Shown in pieces: positions 1 through 12,888 of a stretch of DNA of 64,000 nucleotides (position 1 is the first letter of the stretch; each line of letters starts with the position of its first letter). Location: the NCBI RefSeq assembly GCF_006345805.1, contig NC_043011.1, positions 62,136,464-62,200,463 on the forward strand. Reading direction: 5' to 3'. A program made the position numbers and the translations under genes. The notes under the pieces were generated by a model. It was not told where the DNA came from. It was given only the letters and a program-made list of their open reading frames with translations, and did no database searches. Origin of the DNA: Octopus sinensis. Taxonomy: Eukaryota.

Positions 1-11
1 CTTCTTATATA

Positions 12-43
<32 letters not shown>

Positions 44-55
44 CATATATATGTA

Positions 56-218
56 TCTACATTCTCGGAGTGGTTGGCATTAGGAAGGGCATCCAGCTGT
101 AGAAACTCTGCCAGATCAAGATTGGAGCCTGGTGCAGGCATCTGGTTCGCCAGCCCTCAGTCAAAATCGTCCAACCCATGCTAGCATGGAAAGCAGATGT
201 TAAACGATGATGATGATG
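56..218 (+). mobile_element. Family A short interspersed repeat (3' part with (GAT)n tail)
   Basis: Diagnostic string TTGGCATTAGGAAGGGCATCCAGCTGTAGAAACTCTGCCAGATC...CCAACCCATGCTAGCATGGAAAGC..GTTAAACGATGATGATG recurs more than a dozen times in the window on both strands. Confidence 0.85.
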
Positions 219-892
219 ACACACACATATACGTTTACTACATACGTGTATGTATATATGCATGTGTGTCTGTGTGTATCTTGTGTACCAAGACTGAATT
301 TCACCTCCCCCACACACACGCAAAAGAATAAACAAGCAAGAAATTAAAATCTAAGCAAAACTAAGAAACATAGTTAATCCCCTCGTCAAAACCATGTGAC
401 TTATGTTTCTATCTCTGTTCCTTGTATCCCTAGAGTTACCTACCCCTGAGTATCCTACCCACGAGTTACCTACCCCTGGTGAATTCCCGTTTGAAAAGCC
501 TTGCTCTAGTGATTGCCGTAGAAACGAATGAAGGAATCGTCACGGATTTTAGATTATTTGTTTGTTTTTGTTGTTGTTTTGTTGTTGTTCACTCCTGCCT
601 GATGTTCATTTTGGTTCTTTTTTTTTTTGATTATTAATCTTTAGAATTTCTGCATGCCTTAGTTTCAATTTCGGAACGGAATTACTTTTGTTTTCTTACA
701 GATTCTTCAAATATATTTTATTAATTGTATACATTTATGTGTTCCTGTCTATGTGTATCTGTGTCTATATCGTATATGTGTGTGTGTGTGTTTACATATT
801 ACAATATATTATGTAATATGTATTGCATATAATATATTAATATATAATGTGTGTCTGTATGCATGTATATTTGTTATTTGTTTATCATATTA

Positions 893-895
893 TTA

Positions 896-968
<73 letters not shown>

Positions 969-990
969 CATCATCATCATCATCATCATT
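893..990. repeat. (ATT)n-(CAT)n compound microsatellite
   Basis: Direct reading; source of the poly-Y/I/L ORFs at 753-1083. Confidence 0.95.
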
Positions 991-1304
991 ATTATTACTG
1001 TTTATAATTTTTGTGTTTATAATTGTTATTGTTTTGTGTTTTTTGTAGTTCATGCTAGTCAGTTGGTTGGATGGTTGGTATAGTGATTGTCATTATTATT
1101 ATTATTATTGAGTGAGAGAGCAGTGCATACCATCAAAGTGACACTGGGGTAAAATATACGAAGCCCAATATACCCATCAAGACTACCCGTCTGATAAGGG
1201 TACACCAGGCACATGCATCAGAACCATATGTTTATTATTATTATTATTATTATTAATTATTATTATTATTATTATTATTACTATTATTATTATTATTATT
1301 ATTA

Positions 1305-1342
<38 letters not shown>

Positions 1343-1359
1343 GTTATTACTATTAGATT

Positions 1360-1545
1360 AGCAAGCTGGCCAAACTGTTAGCATGCCTGACAAAGTGTGC
1401 TGAGCAACATATACCTTCAGAGTTCAAATTCCATCAAATTTGATGTTGCCTTTCATCTTTTTGTGTCAAATGAAATGAGTACCAGTTGAATACTGGGGTC
1501 GGTAACCCCATTACCCAAAATTCCTGGCCTTGTGCCTCAAGTAGA
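1360..1545 (+). mobile_element. Family B tRNA-like SINE (degenerate copy)
   Basis: Matches recurring string GGCAGAATCGTTAGCA..CTGAGTTCAAATTCC..GACTTTGCCTTTCATCCTTTCGGGGTCGAT..AGTACCAGT seen at 11.6, 11.8, 20.7, 30.4, 46.6, 60.1-60.5 and 62.2 kb. Confidence 0.7.
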
Positions 1546-4493
1546 AAGAATTGTTATTATTATTATGATCATTATTATTATTAGTATTATCATTACGACA
1601 AGGCAATACCCCAGCATGGCTGCAATCTAATGACTGAAACAAGTAAAAGAATTATTATTGTGATTATTATTATTACTAGTACTACTACTACTACAAAGCA
1701 GTGCCCCAGCATGGCCACAGTCTAATGACTGAAACGAGTAAAGGAATTATTATCATCATCATTATTATTATTATTATTAAGTGGCATTTCGTCTGTCTTT
1801 ATATTCTGCATTCAAATTCCACCAAATTCCTTTTGGGGTCAATAAATTAAGTACCAGTGATATATTGGTGTGAATGTAATTGACTAGTCCCCTCCCCAAA
1901 ATTTCAGGCCTTGCACCCTTAGTTGATAGGATTATTATTATTATCTTTATTATCATAGTAACTGTAGTACTTGCTGAAGGTCTTGTTGACAATTGGTGGT
2001 GTCATGTCTACATTCCCATAACTTAACAGTTTGACAAAAGAGACTGATAGAATAAGTACTAGGCTTTAAAAAATGATCCAAGAGGGGATTTGTTGACCAA
2101 AACCCTTCAAAGTGGTGCCCCAGCATGGCCATAGTCAAATGACTGAAACAAGCAAAAGATAAAAGATATCACTGTTATTTGTGTGTTTGTGTTTGTATTT
2201 TGTGGTTTTTCTTGTTTCTGTGTAATTTCTGATAGTCTTAATGTCTGGTGTTTCCAAAGGGGAGAATCTTCTTGTTAGTGTTGTTGTTTTTGTGTTTATC
2301 ACTGATGACATTTGCCTTTTTTTTTGGGGGGGGGGTCCTTTTTCAACACCTGGTTCACCTTTTGTTTTCTAAGTTGTTTGTTGCATAGACAGTTAAAAAT
2401 TTTCGGCAATTGTATATACCTGCATTATTTGCATTGTATCATCGTTTTTATGCACCATACTGGGTTACCCTGGACACCAACCACGTCACTGCAGAACTCA
2501 TTCCAATAAACATATAAAAATCACATCTCTTACATACAACATACATTTAATCACACCACAATCCATCTGAATTGCATAGCCCTAAAGCCCTATTTACACC
2601 CACTTTTACATGTGGGGTACACTTTATTGTCTTGTGGTAGAGGTAAACCATCTGTTTAACAACAGAGTCCTTCTGACCTCTTCAAACTTGTTCTTACACA
2701 AAACATTTGTCACTTAGTGGAGGTTAAAGCAATCTGTGTGCTTCTCTCTGTGAATGTCCAGTGTGAGTATGTGTGTGAAATGTGATAGCAACAAATATCT
2801 TAGATTTAGATTTGTTGCTTCTACTCTGTTATTAAGAGGTAAGTAGATACTCTCCAACAGAAAGTACCAAGTCGGATATATCATTTATGATGTTGATAGC
2901 ATTGTATTACCGGATACTAACAAAAGAATTGTTTCTATTATCTGTTAAATTAAGATAATACAAATGATTAAGCATCACAATAGCTTCCTTACAGGATCTA
3001 ATATGAAAGCTTCATTGTTTTTTCAGCACAAATCTCAAATGTCATCAACATTGCCTTTCGTTTTTCCAAGAATAGTTGAAAAATACATACAAATATCACC
3101 AACTATATATTAACTTGTATACCATCCATTTCATTAGTTACAAATTGTCCGTCATTTGATATTATTCTAAAAGCCCTGCTTATATTTGTTCTTCTGTCAG
3201 TGGATTTCATCAGCCAACTGAACAATGATTCTGTTTTAAAAGGTTTGTTTAGATTTGCTCGTAGATGAGTGAAGTCTGTCAGATAGTAACGAGCAGATTA
3301 TTACAAATTAAATTAGGATGATGCTAATGATTAAGATCCATAATTAATCTCTTATAGAATTCAGTGTAAGAACTTTATTGTTTACTGTTTAAATTTCACC
3401 TCAGCAGTCATCAAAATAATCTTTTGTTCTTCAAGAATAGATTTTTTTTAAATAGTAAACGCAAACATTATTGAGAAATCTGTTAATCTGTGCAGTAATT
3501 ATTTTATCTGCTAGAAGTCATTGGAATGATATTGTCCTAAGAGAGGCCAGCTTGTATATGATGTTATCTGAATAAATTAAGGGGTAACAAGAGATTTAAT
3601 GCAAATTCAGGAAACCTCCTCTGTTGTGGGAATAATGTGTCTCTGGAAACTTACAATAATATGAAATCCCATGATGCAAAATTAACTTTTCCATTGATTT
3701 TCAAGTTATAAAATGTTAATGCATTGCAAAGGTTATTTGTACGTGTGTGAGATAATTATATTTTTGCAAATTATTAACTTAGGTGAAATGCTGAGGACCA
3801 GCCTTTTGGCTAAGAAGAAAGTGTGGATTTTAAATTACCAAAAGTTATCCAAGTTTCTGTAAAAGCTAAATATAGATTGTATCCCAAAATGAGTGGTCAT
3901 GCTTACACAAAAACCACGTTATGCCAGTATAACACAGGTTATACTATAATACAGGCTATGCCAGTATAATGTATCAATTCTGGCTGATAACAATTAAAAG
4001 CCATACTTTTTCTTTTCTATTTAAAGAAGGAATTACAAATTTGTAACCTGTTCAGCAATTACTTCATCTGATAGATGCTATCTAAATAATATTGTCCTAT
4101 AAGGACTATTTAGTCCTTTAGTATTTAAACAATTCATCTGCTGCTGAAATACTCTGCTTCTTTTATGTTCAAACTAGTCAGATCCTACCCTCACACTGAA
4201 TCTTGGAGCAGAGACAGGTTCAGCACTTCTTCAGTTCCACTTTCAATATCATCTCTTCATCTATGCTTCTGAGTAGACAAATTTCATAAAATTTTTCATA
4301 TATACATATATATATATATATTATATATATATTATATTATATATATATAAATATATATATAGATAGATAGATAGATATAGTGTTCAAATTTAGAGAAAGA
4401 CAAAGACAGGTGAAGGAACAACTAGCAGGTGTATTTTGACACTCAGGAAGAATAGAAAAGTTTCTGATGTTTCAAACCAATGCTCTTCAATAT

Positions 4494-4530
<37 letters not shown>

Positions 4531-4535
<5 letters not shown>

Positions 4536-4660
4536 TATATAGAAGGAGCTTCTACAGGACTAGAACTGTTTCATTCAAGAGAAATCATCAGGAAGCTTCC
4601 TGATGATTTCTCTTGAATGAAACAGTTCTAGTCCTGTAGAAGCTCCTTCTATATAATAAA
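4531..4660. repeat. Perfect 130-bp palindrome (65-bp arms, no loop)
   Basis: 4531-4595 is the exact reverse complement of 4596-4660 (centre GGAAG|CTTCC). Confidence 0.95.
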
Positions 4661-4727
4661 TTAATTTTACTCTGCTATGTATTGAGTACCTTATTTACTG
4701 TGGTTAACCCCGAATCAACCCGGGACC

Positions 4728-4771
<44 letters not shown>

Positions 4772-5296
4772 ATATATGTATGTATGTATGTATTTACATA
4801 TCATGTATGCACTTTATGGCACACCATTAACCATAGTCTAAACTACTCCACCATAGCAGCCATATTCACTGTGCATTGCCTGTCCATGCATCACCACCAC
4901 GCACTCTACCTAAGATGTCAGAAATTGTTATATCATTATATGTACTATATTGTTGTGTTTTGATTTTCTTTTGTAAACCCGGTGATCGAGAGTTCAAGTT
5001 ACGCTCCTTGACATCGATGAACATTTGATCACATTATGCAGTGTTCTAAACTGTTTTCTTTTTTTCCTCTCTTTTTCTTTCTCCGTTCTTGTTGTTCAAC
5101 AAAAGATTGTGTTTCTGTGTGGTTTGGCATGTTAGAATGTCTTTGACTTTCAGCCATTGTTCTGAGGAAAAGCATTATTATTTATTATTATTATCATTAT
5201 TGTTTGTGTTGGTTTGTTTTGTATTTTACCTTCTTACTGTCCACATTTTTGGCTCTTGTGGCCAAGAAATGTAATTTTCATTTTTTTAATTCTATA

Positions 5297-5338
<42 letters not shown>

Positions 5339-5535
5339 CTTCGTCTGACAACCCTGTGGGACAAGTAAACGAAACCATCACCACCATCATCACCATCATC
5401 GTCATTATTAGTATTAGTATTATTCTCATTAATATTATTATTAGTATTTGTAGTAAGTTGTGCATCGTTACATTCTCAATCAGAAAGCCTTTTTAGTTAG
5501 TTCTTTCATGTATCTAGGTCTAGTCTAGTATTATA

Positions 5536-5851
5536 CTGCTACTACTACTACTACTGCTGCTGCTGCTACTACTACTACTACTACTACCACCACTGCTACT
5601 ACTACAACTGACATGGCAACTAGTATGAGTACCACTACAGCTGCTGTTGTTACTGTTATAGCTACTATTGCTGTATGACAAGTACTACTACTACTACTAC
5701 TACTACTACTATTATAGTACTATTACTATTACTACTACTACTACTACTATAGTACCACTACTACTACTATTATAGTACTACTACTACTATAGTACCACTA
5801 CTACTACTACTAGTACCACTTCTATTACATAGCAATTGCTACTAATACTAT

Positions 5852-5883
<32 letters not shown>

Positions 5884-6022
5884 TAGCACTACTATTATTA
5901 CTACTACCACCACCACTACATTGCAACTATTACTACTTCATTACTACAGCTACTACATAACTAGCTGCTATTACCACTACTACTACTATACTACTACCGC
6001 TACTACTACTACTACTATTACT
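5536..6022. repeat. Degenerate (ACT)n microsatellite tract
   Basis: Direct reading. Confidence 0.9.
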
Positions 6023-6332
6023 AATGTTGTTGTTGTCAAGGCAGTGCAGGTAACATTAGTAGTAGAATTCTCAGGTTAAAATCTCATTGCATCTACCTTT
6101 CTGATTCATAATACTGAGTTCAGATCTTGCCGTGGTCTGTTTTTCACTTTTATCTCTCCAGGGGCAGACAAAATAAATACTTTTTTTTTTTTTGTTTTTT
6201 CTAGCTTTGTCAGAAAAGGAAGGTTGGTATCCATGACCCTTTTAAGGGTCACTGAGACTGGTACAGGGAAAAGTGTATATTAGCCTAAGACCAAGAACCT
6301 GACCTCAATGCCTACACCTGAATAGAATCTCC

Positions 6333-6621
6333 TAAAGACATTTAAGGGTCAGCTTGTGATGTCACACCATAAAGGGCCAGGATGTAATGTTAAATGATAA
6401 AGGCAGTTAAGGATCAGGTTATAATGACAAAACCATAAGGGCAATTAAGGGTCTAGGTGTGATGTCAAATCAACAAGAATCCCAAGGGATAGTTTGTGAT
6501 ATCACACGATAAAGGCACTTTATGGGCCAGGTTTTGATGTCACCTTGTAAAGGCACTTAAGGGTTAGCTTGGAATATCACACATTGAAGGTACTTAAGGG
6601 TCAGGTCATCATGTCACACCA
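6333..6621. repeat. Degenerate ~37-bp minisatellite, 8 units
   Basis: Units start at 6333, 6370, 6398, 6436, 6474, 6510, 6548, 6585; consensus approx TAAAGGCACTTAAGGGTCAGGTTGTGATGTCACACCA. Confidence 0.8.
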
Positions 6622-7744
6622 GGTTGGGTAATTCTGCCACTCAAATACAGGGTTCAGCAGAAAACCCTTTGAACTAAAAAAAATTTTATTTTTGTTATTG
6701 TACTCATTTAAAAACCATCAGACTTCCTTAACAACCTTGTATTATGAAAAAAAAAAAAAGAAACCGGCTTCAGTTAATTCAGTCATAAGCTCAATACCCC
6801 GTAGATGTACCTACTCTATATCTCTAGTCAATTAAGATCCTCGTTAAGACACAGGTTCAAAAATTGTGGACATATTTGTGATGTTTGTTTTTCTTACATT
6901 GCATTGAATTCCTCAACTGTTTCTATTTTTTCTTTGATTTTGGTTTGGTTCCTGGCCATTGTGGCGTTGACTCACAAACTGAGCATGAATCTGACCCAAC
7001 CTGATTTCTAAAGAATTCCAAATTCTTCTTTGCCTTTTGTTCTTTTGAACCCAGACTGATGCCTTGTCTTTGTTGTCCAGATTCTCACAAAAGGATTAAT
7101 CAACAGATCCAGAACCAGCTTCTCGCAGTCAAACTCTGAATTGCCAGAAAGCTGCGAGGCACCCCACTCTCACCCACTTCATTTTCTCTCTCTTTTGCAA
7201 TATTTTACAATCTTGACTGAGACATCCTTTCCTTTTCTGAACTTTACAACTCTGTAGCATCATCGACCAACACCACCACACGAGCCTCCACCACACCATC
7301 ACCACCACCACATGAGCCTCCACCTCCACCACGACCCCAACCATGTGGTTTGGCTGCATACACCTTAACCGCACAGCCTTGTCTGTACTGACATGAAGTC
7401 TTATCTCAATACTGAATCCAGAAAAAAAGGGGGGAGAGTGTGGTGGGAAAGAGAAAATGATTCCAGTTCTGGTTTTGTATTATATTCATTAATCCCAAAA
7501 TGATAATGGAAAAAAACAACAACAAAAAAACAAAAAACAGCAGGATTTGAACTCAGAAATACAGAGAGCTGAAATGAATAACTGCATGGTCTTTATCCCA
7601 CAGCTCTGATCACTCTGCCAATAATTTATCTTAGATAATACATTAAACTAAATATCGCATGGCACCAATGCACATTATATCATTACCCCCACACACACAC
7701 ACACATACACACACTAAACTAAATACCATGCAATATCCTACACC

Positions 7745-7940
7745 ACATGAGGCATAGCTGTATGATTAAGAAGTTTGCTTCCATACCACATGGCTTTGGG
7801 TTCAATCCTACTGTGTGGTACCTTGGGCAAGTGTCTTCTATTACAGCCCCCCTCCCCCGCCCCCCACCCATCATGTTGTTCAAAGCCTTGTGAGTGGATT
7901 TAGTAGGTGGAAACTGAAAGAAGCCCATCATGTATCCGTA
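7745..7940 (+). mobile_element. Family C tRNA-like SINE
   Basis: Matches recurring string ACCACATGGTTCCGGGTTCAGTCCCACTGCGTGGCACCTTGGGCAAGTGTCTTCT..AAAGCCTTGTGAGTGGATTTGGTAGACGGAAACTGAAAGAAGCCC. Confidence 0.75.
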
Positions 7941-9937
7941 ACAAAAGGCAGTAAGTTATTCCCCACCTGATATTTATTTATATGAATGTGTGTGTATGTT
8001 TGTGTCTTCTTGTCTTCCCATTGCATGGTAGCTTGTAAATGAGTTTCCCTGTCATACAAGCAGTGTTGTTCATTCCGAATATTTAGCAAAAACACGTCTG
8101 ATCGTGGGAAACTGTTACCTTACTCGGAAACAAGTGAGGGTGGGTGACAGCGAGAGCATCAGGATGTAGAGAATTAGCCTCAGTAAACTGGGTGAAGAAA
8201 CTTCACATCTGACCCATGCCTGCATGGAAAACTGGACGTTAAAACAACGTTAATGATGATCATGATTAAGATATACCACAGTCCACACCATACCACCTCA
8301 CATACCACACACTGCCATCATCATAAAAAACTTATCTCTTTCTTCATCTTCCCAATTTCCTTCATTCCATTCTGCTATCACAAGTCTTCTACTCAGCATC
8401 TTGAGTCTGGTTATTCCAAGAATTAAACTCCCTCAACCCATCTGCCTTGGTTTTTCATAACTTCCTTTTCTTCCTTCCTTTTTTTATTGTTATCAGCTTG
8501 ATCTTTACAGTTCTCAATAACCAAAGTTTTCTCATAAAAATAATATAAAAACAAAAAAAGAAGTAAGAAATTCTCAGCTCCGTCTTTGTGCTGTTATATT
8601 TCTTCTCTCTTGAAGTCTTGTGTTCTTCTGATGTTGTTTTCTTCAAGTGTGTGTTTATTCAATTAACACTATTTTCATCCTACATGCCTGTTTGTCTGTC
8701 TTTCCCTCTCAAATTAAAATAAACAGTTTTCTTAGATTGTTGATAAAAAATAAGTAAAACATAAGGCAATAATTAACAGTAATTATATATTTATTTATGA
8801 CATCTATAACGAGTTTATTATTATTTAGACTTCCATTCCTTGACCTAGTAGTTTAATTTTGTTCTTGACTTATACAAACACACATGTGCATTTATATATA
8901 TATACATACACACACACATATATATATATATACATATATGTATGTATGCATCTATACATGTGTGCGTATTTATTTATATATATAATGATGATGTGGGTGA
9001 AAATAGAGTTCTTGAAATAGAGAGTGAATAGATACATATATGATGTAATTACAAATTCTTAGAATATACATTGTTATTCTGAGTTTCCTACTTAATTAAG
9101 CAACTAATTGTTTCTTCGTTAATTTATTTTATCAGTTTGAGTTAGGGAAACTTCAAATATACACAGAGATATTACATTATTTCTCTGCAGAGATATGGGT
9201 GTTTGTAAGGGGTGCAACTCATAATAGATTTATGAATTAGGATATTTCTCTGTGAATGAATTGATGAAATGGCTGTTAAAATTTAAAGACTAGAAATGAA
9301 ATTGAAATAAAGGATTAAATAATGAGATTGCAAATGATACAGGGAGGAATAATATGTTAGAAGAGGTCTGAGACAATGCCAGGTACACTATTGATTCTAT
9401 GTATAAATGAAGATACGCAGGTCTATTTTTTACCAACTCAGATATTCCTTACATGCAGTTATAAGCCCAATGCGTCTTTGTATTACGTTAAGAATACATG
9501 AGCGCATGTGGGATACTCACACACTTATACTTAATCGTCGATGTATGTTCATGGAACATGTGTGTATTCATATGCATACAGATATGTGTGTATACATGTG
9601 TGCTTTCAAAATGTATATAATCTATTATCAGGCAGTCAGATAGACAATAACGTTTTTGCTTTTTCTTTTATTTTCTATATTCTAATTTTTGGCTTTCATC
9701 ATTAATTTAATTATCTATTTTATTATTTATTTGATTTTACTTTTTAACTTTTATCCCTTTTAATTTAAATTATTTTTTTGTCCTTTTTCCATACTAACAA
9801 AAGGAAAGAATTTAATTTAATTTTTTTATGAGTTGCACCCTTTACTATATTTACATCCCAATTTTCAATCAACAATTCAGTGGAAACTCAGAGTAACATC
9901 TATAATCTATAAGTGTTTACATATATATATATATATG

Positions 9938-10014
<77 letters not shown>

Positions 10015-10501
10015 ATATATATGAAATAAAATGAAAAGATGGATACGCAACTCTTAACGGTATCTAAATATTTATAAAAAAAGTTATACAGAAATGATTA
10101 TATAAGCATGATTAAGCAGAAAACGGATAATCAGGAAAGCAAAAGTTCATTTGCTTAATTATGTTTATACGTCTGTTTAACACCTGCTCGTCCATCTTTT
10201 CTATTATTATACTTTTATTTGCTTGACCGGCACATTACCTGTTGCCAACTCTTGTTTGCCTGGATTCCATCTCCTTTTGTTTAATGTTGGATTGAGGTAC
10301 CTGGTCCGGTCTGAGCACTAACTGTCTGTATCCATTATACACTTTTGACTTATTCTTATCCATTATATAAACACAAGGTGTGAGAGGTCTCTGAGGACAT
10401 ATGCGGTACTTCAATAAATCAATTCTAATGTCAAATTCTGGCAAAAATCTAGTGAACTTTTATTAAAATTTGTGCACTTCTCAGTAAGCTTTCTTATGAG
10501 A

Positions 10502-11580
10502 TTATTCTATGAATCTGCCTTCAGCTTCAATGCAGAACCAGAATCGTTGACACACCTGATCTAAATGATCTTTATTCATCTCACACATCACCTGGACAGC
10601 AACAGATTTCATTGAAGCTATGGTATTGTAAAGATGTTGATAAGTTTTCCTCTCAACAATGCCCTAAATGTAGTAATCCATCAAATGTAAACCTAGCAAG
10701 TTTGGAAACCACTAGTTTGGTATTATATACCTTTCATCCATTCTTTGGGAGAAGGTACTGAATCTTGTTAAGACACTTGTGGTCTTCCACTACATAATGC
10801 TTCCCTACGGAACTTAACTTCTCCAACACCTCAATGTATCCAGCAGTATTAATTCTGAGACCCCATGGAAGATGTGAGGTGGCATGGTATGACTTTTGAC
10901 TCTGGGGTCATTAAAAGGACATGTACATAACCATCTGTCAGTTCCCTTGTTAGAGTTTTGGTGTTTGTCAAAGATTTTCTGCCACGTTCATGAGGTTTTT
11001 TAACCTTGTTAACTAATTGCTCATCATGCATCAGTTTTCCTGTATCTTTGTAAATATGAACTGACCCCTCCTCAGCCTCAGCAATTTATATTGAATGTCC
11101 TCATGCACTGCAGTTCCAATAGTCGACTCTGACACCTGAAGTTCTTTGACGTTGGCCTTCATTGATTTTCCAGAATCCTCATGGCACATAAAAAGCACCA
11201 TCCAAACGTGGCTGATACCAGTACCCACTGATTGGCTCCTGTGCCGGTGGCATGTAAAAAGCACCCACTACACTCTCAGAGTAGTTGGTGTTGAGAAGGG
11301 CATCCAGCTGTAGAAACTCTGCCAGATCAGATTGGTGTCTGATGCAGCTGCTGGCTCTCCAGACCTCAGTCAAACCGTCCAACCTATTCCAGCATGAAAA
11401 ACAGATGTTAAATGACGATGATGATGATCGTCATCATCATTAATGATTTGAACCTGATGAAGTGCAGTGTTTTTGCAGTGTCTGAACATCAATAATGTTT
11501 TTTTATCACTCTGACACTGTTGAAACATTTTTTCCAGAAACTTCCAATTCTATTTGAACTCTGTACAAAAAGATCTTACA
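10502..11580 (-). mobile_element. Decayed Tc1/mariner-superfamily transposase, split by a family A SINE
   Basis: Minus-strand reading gives HTH-region EDSGKSMKANVKELQVSESTIGTAVHEDIQYK..RRGQF and C-terminus WFPNLLGLHLMDYYI*GIVERKTYQHLYNTIASMK..MNKDHLDQVCQRF..IEAEGRFIE*, resembling the WPPxSPDLNPxDY..WG motif; stops and frameshifts present. Confidence 0.85.
11178..11430 (+). mobile_element. Family A SINE nested in the mariner remnant
   Basis: Family A strings; transposase-like reading resumes on both sides (..QVQIIND | EDSGKSM..). Confidence 0.85.
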
Positions 11581-11599
11581 CTATTATATTACTTTATTG

Positions 11600-11810
11600 C
11601 TCACAGGGGGGCTAAACATAGAGGGGACAAACAAGGGAATTAAGTCGATTACATCAACCCCCAGCATGTAACTGGTACTAATTTAATCGACCTTGAAAGG
11701 CAAAGTCGACCTTGGCAGAGTTTGAACTCAGAACGTAAAGACAGACGAAATACCACTAAGCATTTCGCCTGACATGCTAACAATTCTGCTAGCAGACTGC
11801 CCTAGGTTTT
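11600..11810 (-). mobile_element. Family B SINE
   Basis: Reverse complement of the family B consensus (GCAAAGTCGACCTTGGCAGAGTTTGAACTCAGAACGTAAAGACAGACGAAATACC). Confidence 0.8.
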
Positions 11811-12497
11811 CCAATATTTAGGAAATCGTAAGGCAATGAGATGGCAGAATTGTTAACAGACCAGAAAAACTGCTTAGTGGTATTTTGTCCATCTTTACGT
11901 TCTGAGTTCAAATTCTACTGAAGTCAATTTTGGCTTTTATCCTAATGGGAGTTGATATAGTAAGTACCAGTTACGCACTGGGGTTGATGTCATTGACTCC
12001 CTCCATCCTCCAGAATTGCTGGTCTTATGCCAATATTTGAAATCAATATTTTGAAAGTTGGCAGTTTCTAAACCATTGTGTTCCTCAAATATGGCAACAA
12101 TGTACGCAAGCTTTTTCACTTTTTGCATTAGTGCTTCATCTGCCATGGGGAATCTGAAAGAAATTAAACCCTTTAATTGGTTTTAAGAAGAATATATTGA
12201 TAATTAATTGTTCTGTTCTCAAACACCCCTCACACCTTATGTGTATATACATAAATATATTCCTTAAGGATTGGTAATAAATGTGTATGTGAGTATACAG
12301 ACATATATATATATATATATATATGTATATACATATAATATGCATATACATATATCTATTTTGCAAAGATTCTTCTTACTCATGCTAGAATTCATATTTC
12401 CATATTTGGTATTGGATCTCTAATCTGTGTTCTACTAGTTCTTGCTTTTCTTTCTTGTTTTTTTCTTTTTCATGTATGTTCTTATATTTGTCTACAG

Positions 12498-12571
12498 GCA
12501 GGAAGATATCCCTGTGGAAGCTAACCGCAGTTTCTCCATTCCCTACTTATGGACACGTGGTATTGGACTTG
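12498..12571 (+). CDS. Penultimate coding exon of unidentified gene (QEDIPVEANRSFSIPYLWTRGIGL)
   Basis: Acceptor tttgtctacag, donor G|gtaaat; ends in phase 1 and joins 21707 in frame (G+AT = Asp). Confidence 0.65.
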
Positions 12572-12691
12572 GTAAATTTTGTCCCTCTGTCTGTTTGCAT
12601 TCTATGTCCGAAATACATCCTATGATGACTTTTCTTTTGTTACATAGAATTATTCAAAAATCAAAATAACAAATTTTTTCCCCAAACTTAT

Positions 12692-12693
12692 TA

Positions 12694-12778
<85 letters not shown>

Positions 12779-12801
12779 CATTATTATTATTATTATTATT
12801 A

Positions 12802-12837
<36 letters not shown>

Positions 12838-12838
12838 G

Positions 12839-12888
<50 letters not shown>
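12692..12888. repeat. (ATT)n microsatellite
   Basis: Direct reading. Confidence 0.95.

Noticed and set aside
753-1083. Poly-Tyr/Ile/Leu ORFs, and the many YIYI.. ORFs elsewhere (9.8, 16.7, 19.6, 28-29, 35, 57-58 kb)
   Set aside because: Microsatellite artefacts.
2804-3242. Possible upstream exons of the + gene (2804-2838 FRFVASTLLLR; 3201-3242 DFISQLNNDSVLK)
   Set aside because: Splice signals are plausible and phases agree with each other, but there is no recognisable homology and no phase-compatible link to 12498, so they are not reported as CDS.
6333-6621. CRISPR-like periodicity
   Set aside because: Units are contiguous and diverged with no unique spacers or cas genes, and the context is eukaryotic.
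11937-12146. ORF MADEALMQKVKKLAYIVAIFEEH..
   Set aside because: Runs into a family B SINE, has no recognisable homology, and lies antisense within an intron.
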